From positions 163,246,001-163,310,000 of the forward strand of contig OX597817.1 of the NCBI GenBank assembly GCA_951406725.2: DNA of 64,000 nucleotides, given 5' to 3'. The notes under the pieces are model-generated. The model searched no databases and was not told the DNA's origin. It saw only the letters and a program-made list of their open reading frames with translations. The stretch comes from Octopus vulgaris. Lineage: Eukaryota. Shown here piece after piece: positions 42,901-56,712 of this stretch (the stretch's first letter is position 1; each line of letters begins with the position of its first letter). A program made the position numbers and the translations under genes.

Positions 42901-44476
42901 AGATATATATGATGGCAATTTCTCCATGTCCAAAGATCATGAGGAAGAAAGACACGCCTTCGAGTCATTATGAAAACTGATCCTTGACACTGCTGAGTGT
43001 TTTTTCCTGCCTGCGCTTAACAGTTTAGTGTGAGCCAGTCCGTACAATCCGGTGACACTCTCTATAACTGGAGATTTAATCTCAATGGGTTAGTGGGCTA
43101 AGACGGCTGCAGTGGGCAGCAATATATAGGTGTTACACTGGGGCTAGGGTAACCTTCTTCTAGATGAATTACATTACAGGGCTGGAGAGCTCCTTCATTC
43201 TCTACAATACTCTTCCATCTATCTGGAAGACTTGATTGGTGTATGTGAACAGTTCTGTCTGTTTTTGATGGGGAGGGAGAATAGGCGATGGAAAAAGAGA
43301 AAGGAATGGTATAATAAAAGAGAGAGAGAAACGAATGTATGGTAACGTCGGATTGTTTTGATATTTGAGTATGCAGATGTCGGGATGGGTAGTATAGTTC
43401 ATTAGTTTGACCTTAGTCACAGCGGGCACCTCCACAATGAATTCAGACGCAGTAGGAGCAGGAAGTAAGGCTATTCTGTCGTTGAAGTTCACACAAATTA
43501 AATAACATAGAACTCAATAGGATAAAACCAGAGGGGGCTTACGGAAAAAAGACTGCAGATCAAAACAAAATAAACAATGATGGAATGGTTGAAAATAGGA
43601 ATGATAAAAGTTCCCCTATAGAAAAAAAACGGGTCCGAACAACTCCATACAATTGGCAGTGCAATCAATATCTAAGGAAGATGCAAACACTGTCACAGGA
43701 GGGAAAACAAATGTGAGCAGCAACATGAACTCCGCTTATAGGACCGGAAAAGATAATATCACATGTAAGTTCAGACGGAGAAATGAGTGCAATTTTAACA
43801 ACAACTGTATGGTAATGACTGTGGTTAACAAATGTGAGGTGAAGACGGGTACACAAGAAAACATGTAGATGGGTGGTACCAGAGACACTCTGAAAAATCG
43901 TCTGCGCAACCATTTTATGTCATTTTCCAGTGTACACAAAAAGCACGGCACATCATTATCTAACCTCATCTGGAAGCTCAAACAGAATTGAGTTGAGCGT
44001 AAAGCCAACTGGTCTATAATGAAAAAAAAAAAAACGCTAGCCATACAATAAAACATTGCATGTGTGCAACTTATACCCAGAGAAAACTCTGGAGATCATT
44101 GCATCCAGAGAAAACATAATAGACATTCCAAAGTAATTATATCATGTAAGCATAAAAGCAAGGCATCATTCCTAGAATTCAAAAAGAACATTTTGAAACA
44201 GAAAAAACTCTAACTGTCACTAGCATCTAATGGAACAAGAGAAGAACATATAGACGAACTAAACGAAAAAACAAACAAACAAAATCCCATTATTTTCCTA
44301 TGCTATCTGCTATGTAATTGTACCACCAGAGGTAATTAAATGGACCATTTAAGAGAACATCATTTGTCAACTCAGACAGTGAATTCCAACAACAAAATAG
44401 CTATACTTCTTGACCCTATATTTACATACATATATAAATACATAAACACACACACACACATTATATGTGTGTATAC

Positions 44477-44760
44477 AAATTATACACGAAAGGAAAGCCA
44501 CTAAATGGTTTTCCAACACGCTAGAAATAGCAGTCAAATCCCAAACCACGAAAAACCTCATTGTTATTTTAGCACCTTGAATTAGTTTTTTCGTGGTTTG
44601 GGATTTAACACCTATTTCTAGCGCGCTGGAAAACCACTTAGTGGCTTTCCCTTCGTGTATAATTTTTATACACACATATAATAATTTTTGCAGTCTACGG
44701 ACATTTTTACTCACGCTGGCCACTGGTAAAAGTGATTATTGAACTTTTACCTTATATATA
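44477..44760. mobile_element. Fold-back PLE-like element
   Basis: Inverted arms about 44477-44555 / 44587-44665 with TATTTCTAG motif; tail GGCCACT-GGTAAAAGT...ACTTTTACC (44725-44751) then TA repeat. Confidence 0.7.
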
Positions 44761-44764
44761 TATT

Positions 44765-44970
44765 CTTTTATTCTTTTACTTGTTTCAGTCATTTGACTGC
44801 GGCCATGCTGGAGCACCGCCTTTAGTCGAGTTAATCGACCCCAGGACTTATTCTTTGTAACCCTTGTACTTATTCTATCGGTCTCTTTTGCCGAACTGCT
44901 AAGTTACGGGGACTTAAACACACCAGCATTGGTTGTTAAGCGATGCTGGGGGGGACCAACACAGACACAA

Positions 44971-45001
<31 letters not shown>

Positions 45002-45185
45002 TATATATATACATATACATATATATGACGGGCTTCTTTCAGTTTCCGTCTACCAAATCCACTCACAAGGCTTTGGTCGGTCCGAGACTATAGTAGAAGA
45101 CACTTGCCCAAGGTGCCACGCAGTGGGGCTGAACCCGGAACCATGCAGTTGGTAAGCAAGCTACTTACCACACAGCCGCTCCTGT
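44765..45185 (-). mobile_element. SINE family B
   Basis: Full length, (TAAAAGAA)n tail. Confidence 0.9.
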
Positions 45186-45199
45186 ATATATAGGAGTCG

Positions 45200-45395
45200 C
45201 CATCATAGATCGGTAGCCACTACACACATTTTTTTCTCTCCTTGTTTTTTCTGTATACCTTTCTGTAGAAGAGCGTAGGTTCGAAACGTAAAAGACTTTT
45301 TCTATTCCTGAGCGTTATACTAATACATCTGTTTGTTTTGTACACCACCTGTCTTCGTCTTTTGGTTTATTTCGTGAACTCTCCATATATATATA
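45200..45395 (+). mobile_element. PLE-like 3' fragment with variant hammerhead, ending in (TA)n
   Basis: Homologous to 48120-48300 (minus); both end at a TA tract. Confidence 0.55.
45259..45294 (+). ncRNA. Minimal hammerhead-like motif with variant core (CUGUAGA-A)
   Basis: CTTT-CTGTAGA-A-GAGC-gtag-GTTC-GAAA-CG-TA-AAAG: stem I CTTT/AAAG, stem II GAGC/GTTC, palindromic stem III ACGT, GUA site; A6 replaced by U. Confidence 0.5.
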
Positions 45396-45862
45396 TGATT
45401 TCCGTGAGACCTCTGAGACTGGTGAGGTGTACGTGATCCGAAATACTATTTCAATCACCTGGTAAAAAGAATCGAAAAACTGAATGTCAATTGTTACTAC
45501 ACTTCTGGTCAATAATAATAAATAAGACGGTTGGCAGAGACAGCATTCATGAAGTAGAGCAATAACTTGGCAGAGACTGCATAGCGTTGGTTTAAATAGT
45601 TTACAATTTTTAACTGACTTTCTACATTCCAAATTTAACTGCTTTTCTTGTCGATTATTATCTGATATCTCTGTGAGATCGATAAATGCGATCAATAATA
45701 AAATGGAATTTACACCAATACCTTTACTCCTCCTCTGAAGCAAAACGTAAAAAGAAAAATCAATTATAAAGATTAGTAATATAAAAAAAAATATCAGAAA
45801 CATGTTCGTTCACATGGTGTTAACATTTTATAAAATAAGATATTTTATACGCGCACGCGCGG

Positions 45863-45911
<49 letters not shown>

Positions 45912-46238
45912 TATCCTCACCCACCCCACACAAATATAGGAATATGTATATTCACACGCACACAAATATATATATATATATATATTCATTGTATATATAC
46001 ATACATATACATCCTTGCATACACATATTTATTCATACATACATATACACAAACATATATATATATATACATATATATACGTATATGTATGTATATATGT
46101 ATGTATATATACATATATACATGCACATATATACGTATATATATGTGTGTGTATATATATATATATATGCGTATATATATGTGTGTATATATGTGTATAT
46201 ATGTGTATATATATATGTATATATATGTATATGTATAT

Positions 46239-46348
<110 letters not shown>

Positions 46349-47174
46349 TAGTTACATGTTTCAATTGATCGTATGTAGTTAAGAGAACAGAACAGTATCG
46401 ACTAACTAACTGCGAAGTATATATGAAAATATTAGTAGCAGTAAGATTACGTCACCAATTTTAAGCATCAGTCAAATTCTTGAAGCGTAAATGACTACAT
46501 TTTATTTTTGATTTGACATCAAATGTCTAAGAACAGACTGCTGCAGACATATTACTATGAGGCAGGTGCCAAGAAATAAATACGAGACAAAAAGAAGTTT
46601 GAATAATGAAATTGTTAATAAGCAAACAGCTTGCTGTGTTGGAAAGCAACGAAATGTAATGCTACCAAACAAGGAATATTTACCAACTGTTGATGCATAA
46701 ATCATCTTAATACAGACAATATTTAGTGAATCTGTGATGCAATTTAGTGTATGAACATTAAAGAAACGCTTGTTTAGCAGACAAGAACATTTTGTCATTT
46801 TCCGTAAACAAACAATAACAATGCCTTTTAAAACAATATCTCATTTTTAAAAAAGTGTTTCTATTATCTGTATTTTTCCTTATAATATATTCGTAAACAA
46901 TGGCCTTTTGAAAGACTATGAGCTTAAAGACCAGGCTAATAGGAAAATCAATATATCACTGTACAAACGGATTTTTGTTTTCATTTTATTTTGCTCTGTT
47001 ATTTGTTATTTTTAACTTCTCGTGTGTTTAAAATTCAGTCAAAACATTTAGTTTGAATACATTAGTTCAAGACTCTATAAGTACACTTGTTTAGCGTCAA
47101 CTGCTCGGCCTCTTTAGGTATGTGTAAATCATCCTGTTTATCAAAATATTGTATGAGGGTGTGTATGTGTGCAT

Positions 47175-47221
<47 letters not shown>

Positions 47222-47400
47222 TAAGCTGAAGTGAAGGCAGCATATTCTTTGTCTATCTCCTTACCTTCTTGGAGATTTTAATGCAGCTGAGGTTTGCTCT
47301 GCATTTAAATTGATGTAATGGTTGCATTGTTCAATTAAATGGAGTTGCTTGAAACGATCGTACTGCATTACCTCTGGATATCCTTATATATATATATACT

Positions 47401-48097
47401 CAACTGATAAGGGTGAGAAAATTGGATACTAATTTAATAGTACATCCATTTAACACCAAGTGGCCCAGTGCACAAAAAAAAACCTGGATTATGACAAAAT
47501 TTTTATACATAAATATAAGAGAGTGGTCACTATGTGGCTCACTCTGACACTAGAAATAGATCCGATAGGTTTCAGCCACAAAATAAATGTTTCCAATGAA
47601 AGTCAGCACGACTGTTAGCTCAAACGAACAGGGCAAATAAAAATAACAAAAATACAGATTATTTTGGGACAATTGATTCGCTATTAATGAATTAAATGAA
47701 AGTCAGCACGACTTTCATTGTATCTGTTTCCGTGAATTTTGGCGGGCTGTGGTTAAGGGCATTTGAATTATAACAGCGAATGCAATCGACTGAACCACAC
47801 GTGTACTTATCGTTATGGTAAAATCTGGCGTGAGATTGAGTAAATTGTATTTTAGATGGTTTTGGCTGATGAGCTACAAGTGAATTACTGTGAGTAAAAT
47901 TACATTTAATTCATTAATAGCGAAACAATTGTCCCAAAATAATCTGTATTTTTGTTATTTTTATTTGCCCTGTTCGTTTGAGCTAACAGTCGTGCTGACT
48001 TTCATTGGAAACATTTATTTTGTGGCTGAAACCTATCGGATCTATTTCTAGTGCCAGAGTGAGCCACATAGTGACCACTCTCTTATATTTATGTATA
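47401..48097. mobile_element. Fold-back, hammerhead-bearing PLE-like non-autonomous element in (TA)n
   Basis: Near-perfect 195-bp inverted arms 47504-47698 / 47903-48097; tail with terminal hairpin 47412-47457 on the minus copy only; (TA)n on both sides. Confidence 0.75.
47859..47940 (+). ncRNA. Type I hammerhead ribozyme, canonical core, predicted cleavage after GUC (C47933)
   Basis: Stem I TTTTGG(47860-65)/CCAAAA(47934-39); CTGATGA 47866-72; stem II GCTA/TAGC extended by TGAATTA/TAATTCA; GAAA 47922-25; palindromic stem III ACAATTGT; C17 at 47933. Confidence 0.85.
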
Positions 48098-48119
48098 TAT
48101 ATATATATATATATATATA

Positions 48120-48300
48120 GTTGGAATTTACAAATAAGAAAAAAACAAACAAGCAAAGCAAAAGACGTAGACGGGTGTGTAAAACACAAACAGATGTATT
48201 AGTTTAACGGTGGGGAAGTTAGAAAGTCTTTTACGTTTCGAGCCTACGCTCTTCAACAGAAATGAACGCAGAGATAAACAAAGAGAGAAAATAAAAGCGA
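48120..48300 (-). mobile_element. PLE-like 3' fragment, second copy
   Basis: Shares GAAGAGCGTAGG(C/T)TCGAAACGTAAAAGACTTT and CTAATACATCTGTTTG with 45260-45340. Confidence 0.55.
48228..48263 (-). ncRNA. Minimal hammerhead-like motif, second copy of the CUGUNGA family
   Basis: Minus strand TTT-CTGTTGA-A-GAGC-gtag-GCTC-GAAA-CG-TA-AAA; homologous to 45259-45294. Confidence 0.5.
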
Positions 48301-48900
48301 GTTATTGACTTCTGTTCAAACTAGAATAAACATGGACGCGAAAGAGAAATACATTGCTGATAAGACGTAATACATCGGTTTCTATGTTAAAAAGAGTCAT
48401 AGAAACCAACTTCTCTTGCAACTGTAATTGCTCCATACTCCTTGTCTTTCTTAACATATCACTTCGCTATTATGAGCAAACATCTTAGCTAAATATAAGT
48501 GTTAAGGATATTACCAAAATGGAATACATAGTCTTTTAATACCAAGCTGATATCTATACGTTATCGTTATCTTTTCTTAAACGGCGGAACGCAATGTAGA
48601 TAAAGCTACTGTACCGTGTAACTATTGGGTTAACCATTGGATGAAAAGAAGTCGAAAGCTACTCGTGCGACTCGAACCCGCACCTTTTGTAAACAGAACA
48701 GATGTTCTACCACTGAAGAATCCTTCGAATTTCCCCATCCATTTTAGCAGCTTTGTTCCCAGTAAGAAATATATCTTTTGTTTTGAATATTTTGTCCAAA
48801 GAACGACAGGTATAGTGTCATATAAGATGAAAAGCCTTCCTGAACCAGAGTAGCGTGTTATATATGATGTTACGTTAGGAGTAAGCACTGAAAGGCCTTC
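48300..48900 (-). pseudogene. CR1/L2-group LINE RT remnant
   Basis: Minus strand FRKAFHLI*H (DFRKAFD.V.H) and KLLKWMGKFEGFFSGRTSV (LLKWI..FL.GR.Q.V). Confidence 0.5.
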
Positions 48901-49415
48901 ATTTCATTTGCGTCCATTCTTTCCTCGTCAATCAATAGACATTACTTTCTTTTATATCGTTACAAACCACTTTTCTCTATATTACTTGCTTGAGACAGGT
49001 GATACATCGTACTTGAAAGGTCTTATTTTATGGTGGCATTAAAATTTTCTGCTTTTATTCGCTAAAAACAAGCTGTTGGTATTCTAAACGAAAGAATCAG
49101 AAGAAATCATTTCTCGTAAGTCATTTCTCGCGTAAGTCATGAATTACGAATTTTATAAGTCTATATTTTATTTCTGTATGGGTTAAATGAATGTCTAGTG
49201 GTAAATTAACAGACGTTATTGGCAGAAATGTGGACCAGCTAAATTGAAAACGCGAATCTTTGATAATGTTACAGTGAAAAATAAATTTTCATTGTACAGG
49301 CTATGTATGTATGTATGCATGCATGTATGTATGTATGTATGTATGTATGTATGCATGCATGTATGTATGTATATGAACATGCATAAATACACACACATAT
49401 ATATATATAAATTCA

Positions 49416-49451
<36 letters not shown>

Positions 49452-50169
49452 CATGCGTACTTACATACACACATATATACATACCTACGTACGTACGTTC
49501 ATACATACATACATACATACATACATACATACATACATACATACATACATACATACATACATACATACATACATACATGTATTTTCAGCATTGCAATATG
49601 CGTAAATGAGATAAATATTTTTTAAAAAATTACTTTGAACAATACAAGCAAAGAGTTAGGCGGAATATGTAAGGTAATATCAATAAATGAAGCTGAAGAG
49701 AAAAGATATTGTATTTCATAGGTTGTTCGATGGTCCTATATTATTTCGGGAAAGATTCCCCTTTTCATATAGAAGCAAATAATCAGAGTGCGGAGAAATG
49801 TATTATTATTATCGGTGGAGTGCGTTGAAATGTAAGCATTGATAAATTACTGTATTTAAGGTTGTGATTGGCTAAGATAGGTAGTTAGAGTAGCCGGAAG
49901 TAGTATGGAGCGTGGTAGCAACCATGGTAAGTGATATGGTATGACAAGTTAATGCAGGTGAGTGAGGGAGTGGTGGGAAAGGCCACTGAACAATTGCTGT
50001 CCTTTAAGGTAGTTTAGATCTGTAGGCAACTTATATTGAGAATGTGTTTGCTGTTAGGTTTAGTAAAATATATTGTAGTGATGTGTGAGTATGTGTGAGA
50101 AATGAGTTTAAAAGATGAGAAAAAAAGGAGCAGACGCACGGTAGACACAAGGTATTTAGAAGAGCCATT

Positions 50170-50750
50170 TCGTGTCATTGTTTCAGTTATGTTGTTTTCT
50201 GATTTATGCTACTTGATGAGAATAGTTTCCTTGAGTCTCATGTTACCAAATGTTCATGGTTACTGAATTTATCGAAGTGTTTCTTGTTCGGGGAATTATA
50301 TGTGGGTAGGTGTTCTTTAATTCGAGTGTAGAACTTTCCGGTTGCACTGCCAATACAGTGGTATCCACGTTTATCACATTTTATTTAGTACGCTATATAT
50401 ATCACCTTGATCACCTTGACCGACCAGTCCGTCGGGCGTCCATTTGACATCGCTGGTCACACTCCTCTCTGGATCGCGCGTGATCCACGTGATCCCAATC
50501 GTCCTTCTGAAATCGTAACTCCGCCGTCGTGGAGGTCTTCCGGGGTGGTCGTTTATATATATATATATGTATGTAGATATATGTTTGTGCCACGGATAAA
50601 TCAATCTGTTGGTGTACACATGTTCTCGGAAAGTTGTTTTCTTTTGAAAAGACTCGATGCGAGGAGGATTAGGTGCATACCTATTTCTCTTTGCGAATGG
50701 TTTTTTGAATGACAGTAATAGGTTTGCTGAAATGTATTAGCTTAAGGAAG
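50170..50750 (-). pseudogene. Decayed Penelope-like element: GIY-YIG endonuclease and linker
   Basis: Minus-strand translation near 50395-50290 gives IAY*IKCDKRGYHCIGSATGKFYTRIKEHL (VVY.I.C..C...YIG.T.R....RIKEH pattern), then frameshifted RLKETILIK; interrupted by an insertion at about 50395-50570. Confidence 0.7.
50400..50552 (-). mobile_element. Probable RTE-like LINE 3' fragment inserted in TA
   Basis: GC-rich island ending (minus) in GGTCGGTCAAGGTGATCAAGGTGATA short tandem tail; TA flanks. Family assignment is inference. Confidence 0.4.
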
Positions 50751-50915
50751 CAATTCGCCCACTTTAAATCAACCCTCCAAAAATTCATCCAAAATGAATC
50801 TGTCTGCATTTTTAACAAATATAGCAGTTCCGATGAAGCCATTTACACTGCGCATTTCCAAACAATTTTCGAACTTAATGAATATCCCAACAACTTTCAC
50901 TCATTTCCAACATAA
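50750..50915 (+). pseudogene. Decayed PLE reverse transcriptase thumb fragment (inverted relative to the GIY-YIG part)
   Basis: HFKSTLQKFIQNESVCIFNKYSS...[15 protein letters not shown] resembles the PLE H..S..P.......R....CS.....L..NGYP..F thumb. Confidence 0.55.
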
Positions 50916-51146
50916 AATACAGAACTTTCACCCATCCCCCGCTTAAAATACAGAACAATCAACAAAAGAACGCTTCACATCCTCGACCCGACGCTGAAGG
51001 CTTGGAGGTCCGTGAAGGTGTCTTTGCTTGTTCACGACTACATAGTAACGTGAAACAATTTATGAAAGCATGCTACATGCTACAAGCTCATGCTCGTTTA
51101 CAAATGACAGCTATGATTTTTTACATGCATGCGTACGTGCATACAT

Positions 51147-51730
<584 letters not shown>

Positions 51731-52818
51731 TATATACATATATAGATAAATATATACGTACAAACGCACGTACGCACGCACACACTCATACACACACATA
51801 CACACACTGACACATGCTTATATACAAGTTTATGTAGTGATATGATGCAGTGGCATGATATATATTCAATATACATGTTAAGCATGCAAATATGAAATGT
51901 TGATATAAACATAAATATTTCTTCTCAGACAAGATTTCCTACAAGCTTGAACTCTTTAGAAGCTCGGAAGGTATTTAGTGACTGGGCAAGCCTATTTTGT
52001 TCATTTGAGAGAATCTAAGTTTCCACATCATGGAGTTCTCAGAATGGAATTCACCGCGTTACCATAAAGAATACGAACCTTAGAATTGAAACTGCACTCC
52101 CTCCTTCTACGTCAATGAGCGCTACCAGATGCGCGAGCGTAATTTCTATTATATTATTAAGAAATATATCTCTTTATATTTTATTTTGTTGCAGAGATGC
52201 AGAATGCTCAATGCTTGCCTGTATAAGGTGCGTAGAGAGTGTAATATATATATATGCGTGTTTGTATGTAGTTTTGAGTATAAATGTGTAGATATTTATA
52301 TATATATATTTGCGTATAAAGCTATAAATGAGAAGGTAGTTGTTTGTTAAGAACTGTGGTGACTAACAATACTTTTCTTTTGTATTTTTTCTTCAGGTAA
52401 TTATAAAACGAAATAGAATAAACACGGAAACTGAACGAATCCCATCCATTCAGTTGATACATTCATCCAATTGCTGTCAACCCAGCAGTCCATTGTCTTC
52501 GTCTGATAATTGCCATATCTATACAACGTTATATTTGTTTAACAAAATTAAAAAAAACAATGATAACCAAGCTAATCTAAAACTTTCATTAACATTTGTT
52601 TTCCGTTGCGGGCTTCCTCTTATAGCATTCGCCCTGATTGTTTTATCATACTCAAGTGTGGTGACATCAATTTTTATTTCTGTTGTTTTTATATACACAT
52701 GTTAAGAATTGTTACAACGGATTCTGGAAAGTGAAGTTTGCATGTCCGTACATTGCTTTTGATGATTTTCCTGACGTCCTTGAGTGATTTACAACTAAAT
52801 GGATACATAACTTTGTAA

Positions 52819-52886
<68 letters not shown>

Positions 52887-52888
52887 TA

Positions 52889-53090
52889 AGGCAGCGAGCT
52901 GGCTGAATCGTTAGCACGCCGGGCGGAATGCTTAGCGGCATTTCGTCCGTCTTCACGTTCTGAGTTCAAATTCCGCCGAGGTCGACTTTGCCTTTCATCC
53001 TTTCGGGGTCGATAAAATAAGTACCAGTTGAGAACTGGGGTCGATGCAATCGACTTACCCCTCTCCAAAATTGCTGGCCTTGTGCCAAAA
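52889..53090 (+). mobile_element. SINE family A inserted in (ATT)n
   Basis: Full head and body between two (ATT)n tracts. Confidence 0.9.
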
Positions 53091-53096
53091 TTATTA

Positions 53097-53146
<50 letters not shown>

Positions 53147-54783
53147 ATGATACATTAATAAAGACTGTTTATATTCATCTTAGTGTTTACGAATTGAATA
53201 TGTTTATACGTAGATTTTTTTTCATCCCAACATAATTACTAAAACAGAAATTTTCAATTGCATAATGCTAATGATTTTCGCATCCTTTGACCAATTACCG
53301 GCAATCACTTTACTATTTGATAAAATTTAGATAATGTCCTCATATAACCAGAATTAAAATGAGAAACTGACACTTTCAAAATTCCATGCCTCTTACTTGG
53401 CCTTATAAAAAGCTGTAATGTCAGGAATATAGAGCTGGAAGAGGATAAATAGAGAAGGTGAAAAAAACCTCATTTTGAAAAATATGCTAAAGCATTTTCA
53501 GAACTATTAGTTTGAAACTACTTTGATGTGTGGTGATTATCATTTTTTAAAATTCTTGTGAGAGAACAAACCTCTGAGAAAACTGTACGCTCAAATAATT
53601 ACTGATGAAGTAGAAAATTATATTTTCCCTTCCATTTTGCCTAAAAACGCTAAATGACACTTTAACTCTTTTGAAACCTCTCCCGGGGATGTGATTTTAA
53701 TAATCATTCATAATAGGAAACAATAAATAAAATAAAAATAAGATATAAATAAACCGACCCCTCCACCTAAAGAAGCTGTAATAGATTTGTGTTATCATAA
53801 GCGATGATAATCATAGTAGGGTACAGCTAAGCATTTCTCGTAGCGTTACAATAATTTTAAAATAACAGGACCAAGATGTCGGTTACATAGCAACATATAG
53901 GAATGTATAAAATTCATACATTTTACTCGGACATTATCCACTTAAATATAAGAAAATTTCTATATCAGAATATTTATTGTGTATCAAGGAGTCGGCTCAC
54001 TCGTGTTTGTTTCTTCTTGACTTACTTTAATAACAAAAGAACTTCAGCTAAAAACCAGTCAACTGCAATAAAGAGTGGAGACCATAAAAAAGATATTCTA
54101 ATATAGTATCAGATTAAACTGTTGTATTATATCTAAATATAGTGATAGGCTAACCGTTTTATCAAACAGATCCAATATTTATTTGTAAGTTTAGGTGATA
54201 TCCGAATAAGAAGAGTAAATAATCACTTCAAAAGTTTCTGATGTTTCTATAGCGACTGCTTATAGCTTGTATTTCCCAGTCAAAATAAAGTTTCTTATAT
54301 AAGAAGATTAGCCCAATATCCACCACCATATATAACTACAAAACAAATAAAAAACAACAAACAAATCTCAATTTATATTCGCTGTTGTTGATATACGTTT
54401 TTTTTGTGTGGCTAATATCATAGAAGAGGAAACCAAAATTGTGTGGTGTTAATACATTTCTAAAGAGTATTAGCGAGTGTAAAGTAAATCAATTGGCTTC
54501 TCCTTGGAAATGATACTGGTTGTGGATTCAGTTCATGTATTTATTGACCTATGTTGTCATCACCACCGCCCATTCCAATACATTATTGTCAAATACAATA
54601 TCATGTGTTCGTTTCTAGCTACTGTATGGTTGCTCGACTTCCTAGACATAGTAGCCAAACCTCCCTCACATCATAACTTGTCCGCTTATTAAAAAGGTCA
54701 TACCTGGATAATACAAAACGGTTGGAATGCCATTGATCATAGGCCTTCTCGATCAGGGCTGAAAAAAAAAAACAAAAGCAGCA

Positions 54784-54975
54784 GTGGAGGCGCAATGGCC
54801 CAGTGATTAGGGCAGCGGACTTGCGGTCGTAAGAACGCGGTTTCGATACCCAAACCGGGGATTGTGAGTGTTTATTGAGCAAAAACACCTAAGCTCCACG
54901 GGGCTCTGGCGGGAGGGGTGGTGACCCCCGCTGTATTCTTTCACCTCAACTTTCTCTCACTCTTTCTTCCTACTT
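54784..54975 (+). mobile_element. SINE family C, 3'-truncated
   Basis: GTGGAGGCGCAATGGCCCAGTGATTAGGGCAGCGGAC...AACTTTCTCTCACTCTT. Confidence 0.85.
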
Positions 54976-56712
54976 CTGCCACAAAGCAGAGGAACCATGA
55001 TGTAACGCACTATGGTGTGGTAAACTTTCAGAAATCTAGTCTAGATTGCGAATCCTCTGTACCCCAGGATGGTTCAGCTCTCCACCCGTTAAAAGCCACC
55101 GTTTACGGTATGAGGATAACAACTTAGCTTTCGCACCCGTGCAACCGCCGGTCTATCGCGTGTGGTGGGGAGATCTCCAAGTCGCCACACGCATTTTTAG
55201 TAGCTTAGAGTAGGCTCGAATTAGAGATTATTCTTTGTGGCAAATGGCGTGAGTCCTGATTGGACGAAGAAGAACAACAACAGCAGCAGTCACAGCAGCA
55301 ATAGTCACAGCAGCAACAGTCACAACAGCAGCAGCCACCGCAACAGAAGCCACCGCAGTCGCAGCAGCAGAAGCAGCAACAATATATGTCGGTTTGCAAA
55401 TGTCTTTATTATTTTTATTGTACTTAAAGTATTCTATATTATATTTCTAAATGCGCACTCACGTAGACACACATACACGCGTACATAGACGTATGCACAC
55501 ACATACACAAATCTACGCACGCGCACACGTATATACACACATATATCATTTAATATTTCCTAGAAAACCAAACAGGAAAAAAATGTATTTCTTCAGATTA
55601 ATTTTCACTGAAATTCGTTGAGAAATTAAGAACTACTAGAGTAAAAACATACACAATATTGTAGATATAAATGATAGAAATAGATCATAAACAACGTCGT
55701 GTAGATAAAAACTTACAGTACAGCTTAATTAAAACTTAAGAGAGATGTACGATTGTATTGTGAGATGGTAAAGTTAGTAAGATTAGTGTACTGAGCGATC
55801 ATATGCCAATGTCGCCTACAGAGAAGGCCTACAGTACATTATAGGACGATGGTATACAATTCACCGAAGGAAAAAAAGATAGACAAAGAGGGAGTAGGAG
55901 AGAGGGAGAAAGAGAAAGAGTGAAAATAGGAGAAGATAGGCAATATTGTATTTAGAAATGGTATAGAATACAGCCTTGAGAGAATATACTCAGTACAACA
56001 CATAGAGATGGTGTAAAATGCAGCCTAGGGAGAGGATGGGCATTAATTTATGAAGGGATGAGAATATATTCTGTACATACGGGGAGAATGTAAAAAGTTC
56101 AGTATAGAGGCTATAAATACACTGTACTTGCGTGAAGAGATTATACATAGTACAGTATAGAGAGATTAGAACACTACAATACATAACAATATACGGAGCT
56201 TATCTACTGTAGTATAAGAGAGACGAGTGTTACACAGAGAAGTACTGTGTAAAAGAAAATAGAAGATACATAGTGTTGTATAAGGAACAGTTGCTTAGTA
56301 TTGTGTGTTATTATACTTACAGTATTATAATACACGGTGTTATATGGAGAAATGACACATAATAGTATACTGGTGGACGATGGTGATGGTGAACCCTCTC
56401 TTCGCTTCTACGGATGAGAGTTCAGCAAGACACGGCCTGTGGAAAACGACCACCCCCCTATGACCACCTGTGTGTTGGGTCAAAGCTGAAAACCTCCAAT
56501 AACATCCTTTATTTGACATTGTCACCCCTTTTCCTATCGCTATTGGACTTAATAAAGAAAATGTTATGGTATTACTACTGGTGCCTTGGTTTGCTGAACA
56601 CCAGCGCAATGAATATTGTTGAAGTGGATATCGTTTGTGCAGAGCCAGTCCCAGGCTTTCAACTCTCGAACGGGTATTGGTCTAGTGTACCAAGTGCCAA
56701 GAGCCCAGTAAT

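Noticed and set aside
42940-44400. Possible further LINE or host coding sequence
   Set aside because: Coding-like composition but no motif I could identify confidently; needs BLASTx.
50993-51065. CTGAAGG...GAAACAATTTA downstream of the PLE thumb fragment
   Set aside because: Core and stems too degenerate to call a ribozyme.
55262-55382. CAG-rich poly-Gln/Cys ORFs
   Set aside because: Simple triplet repeat with no flanking coding signal.
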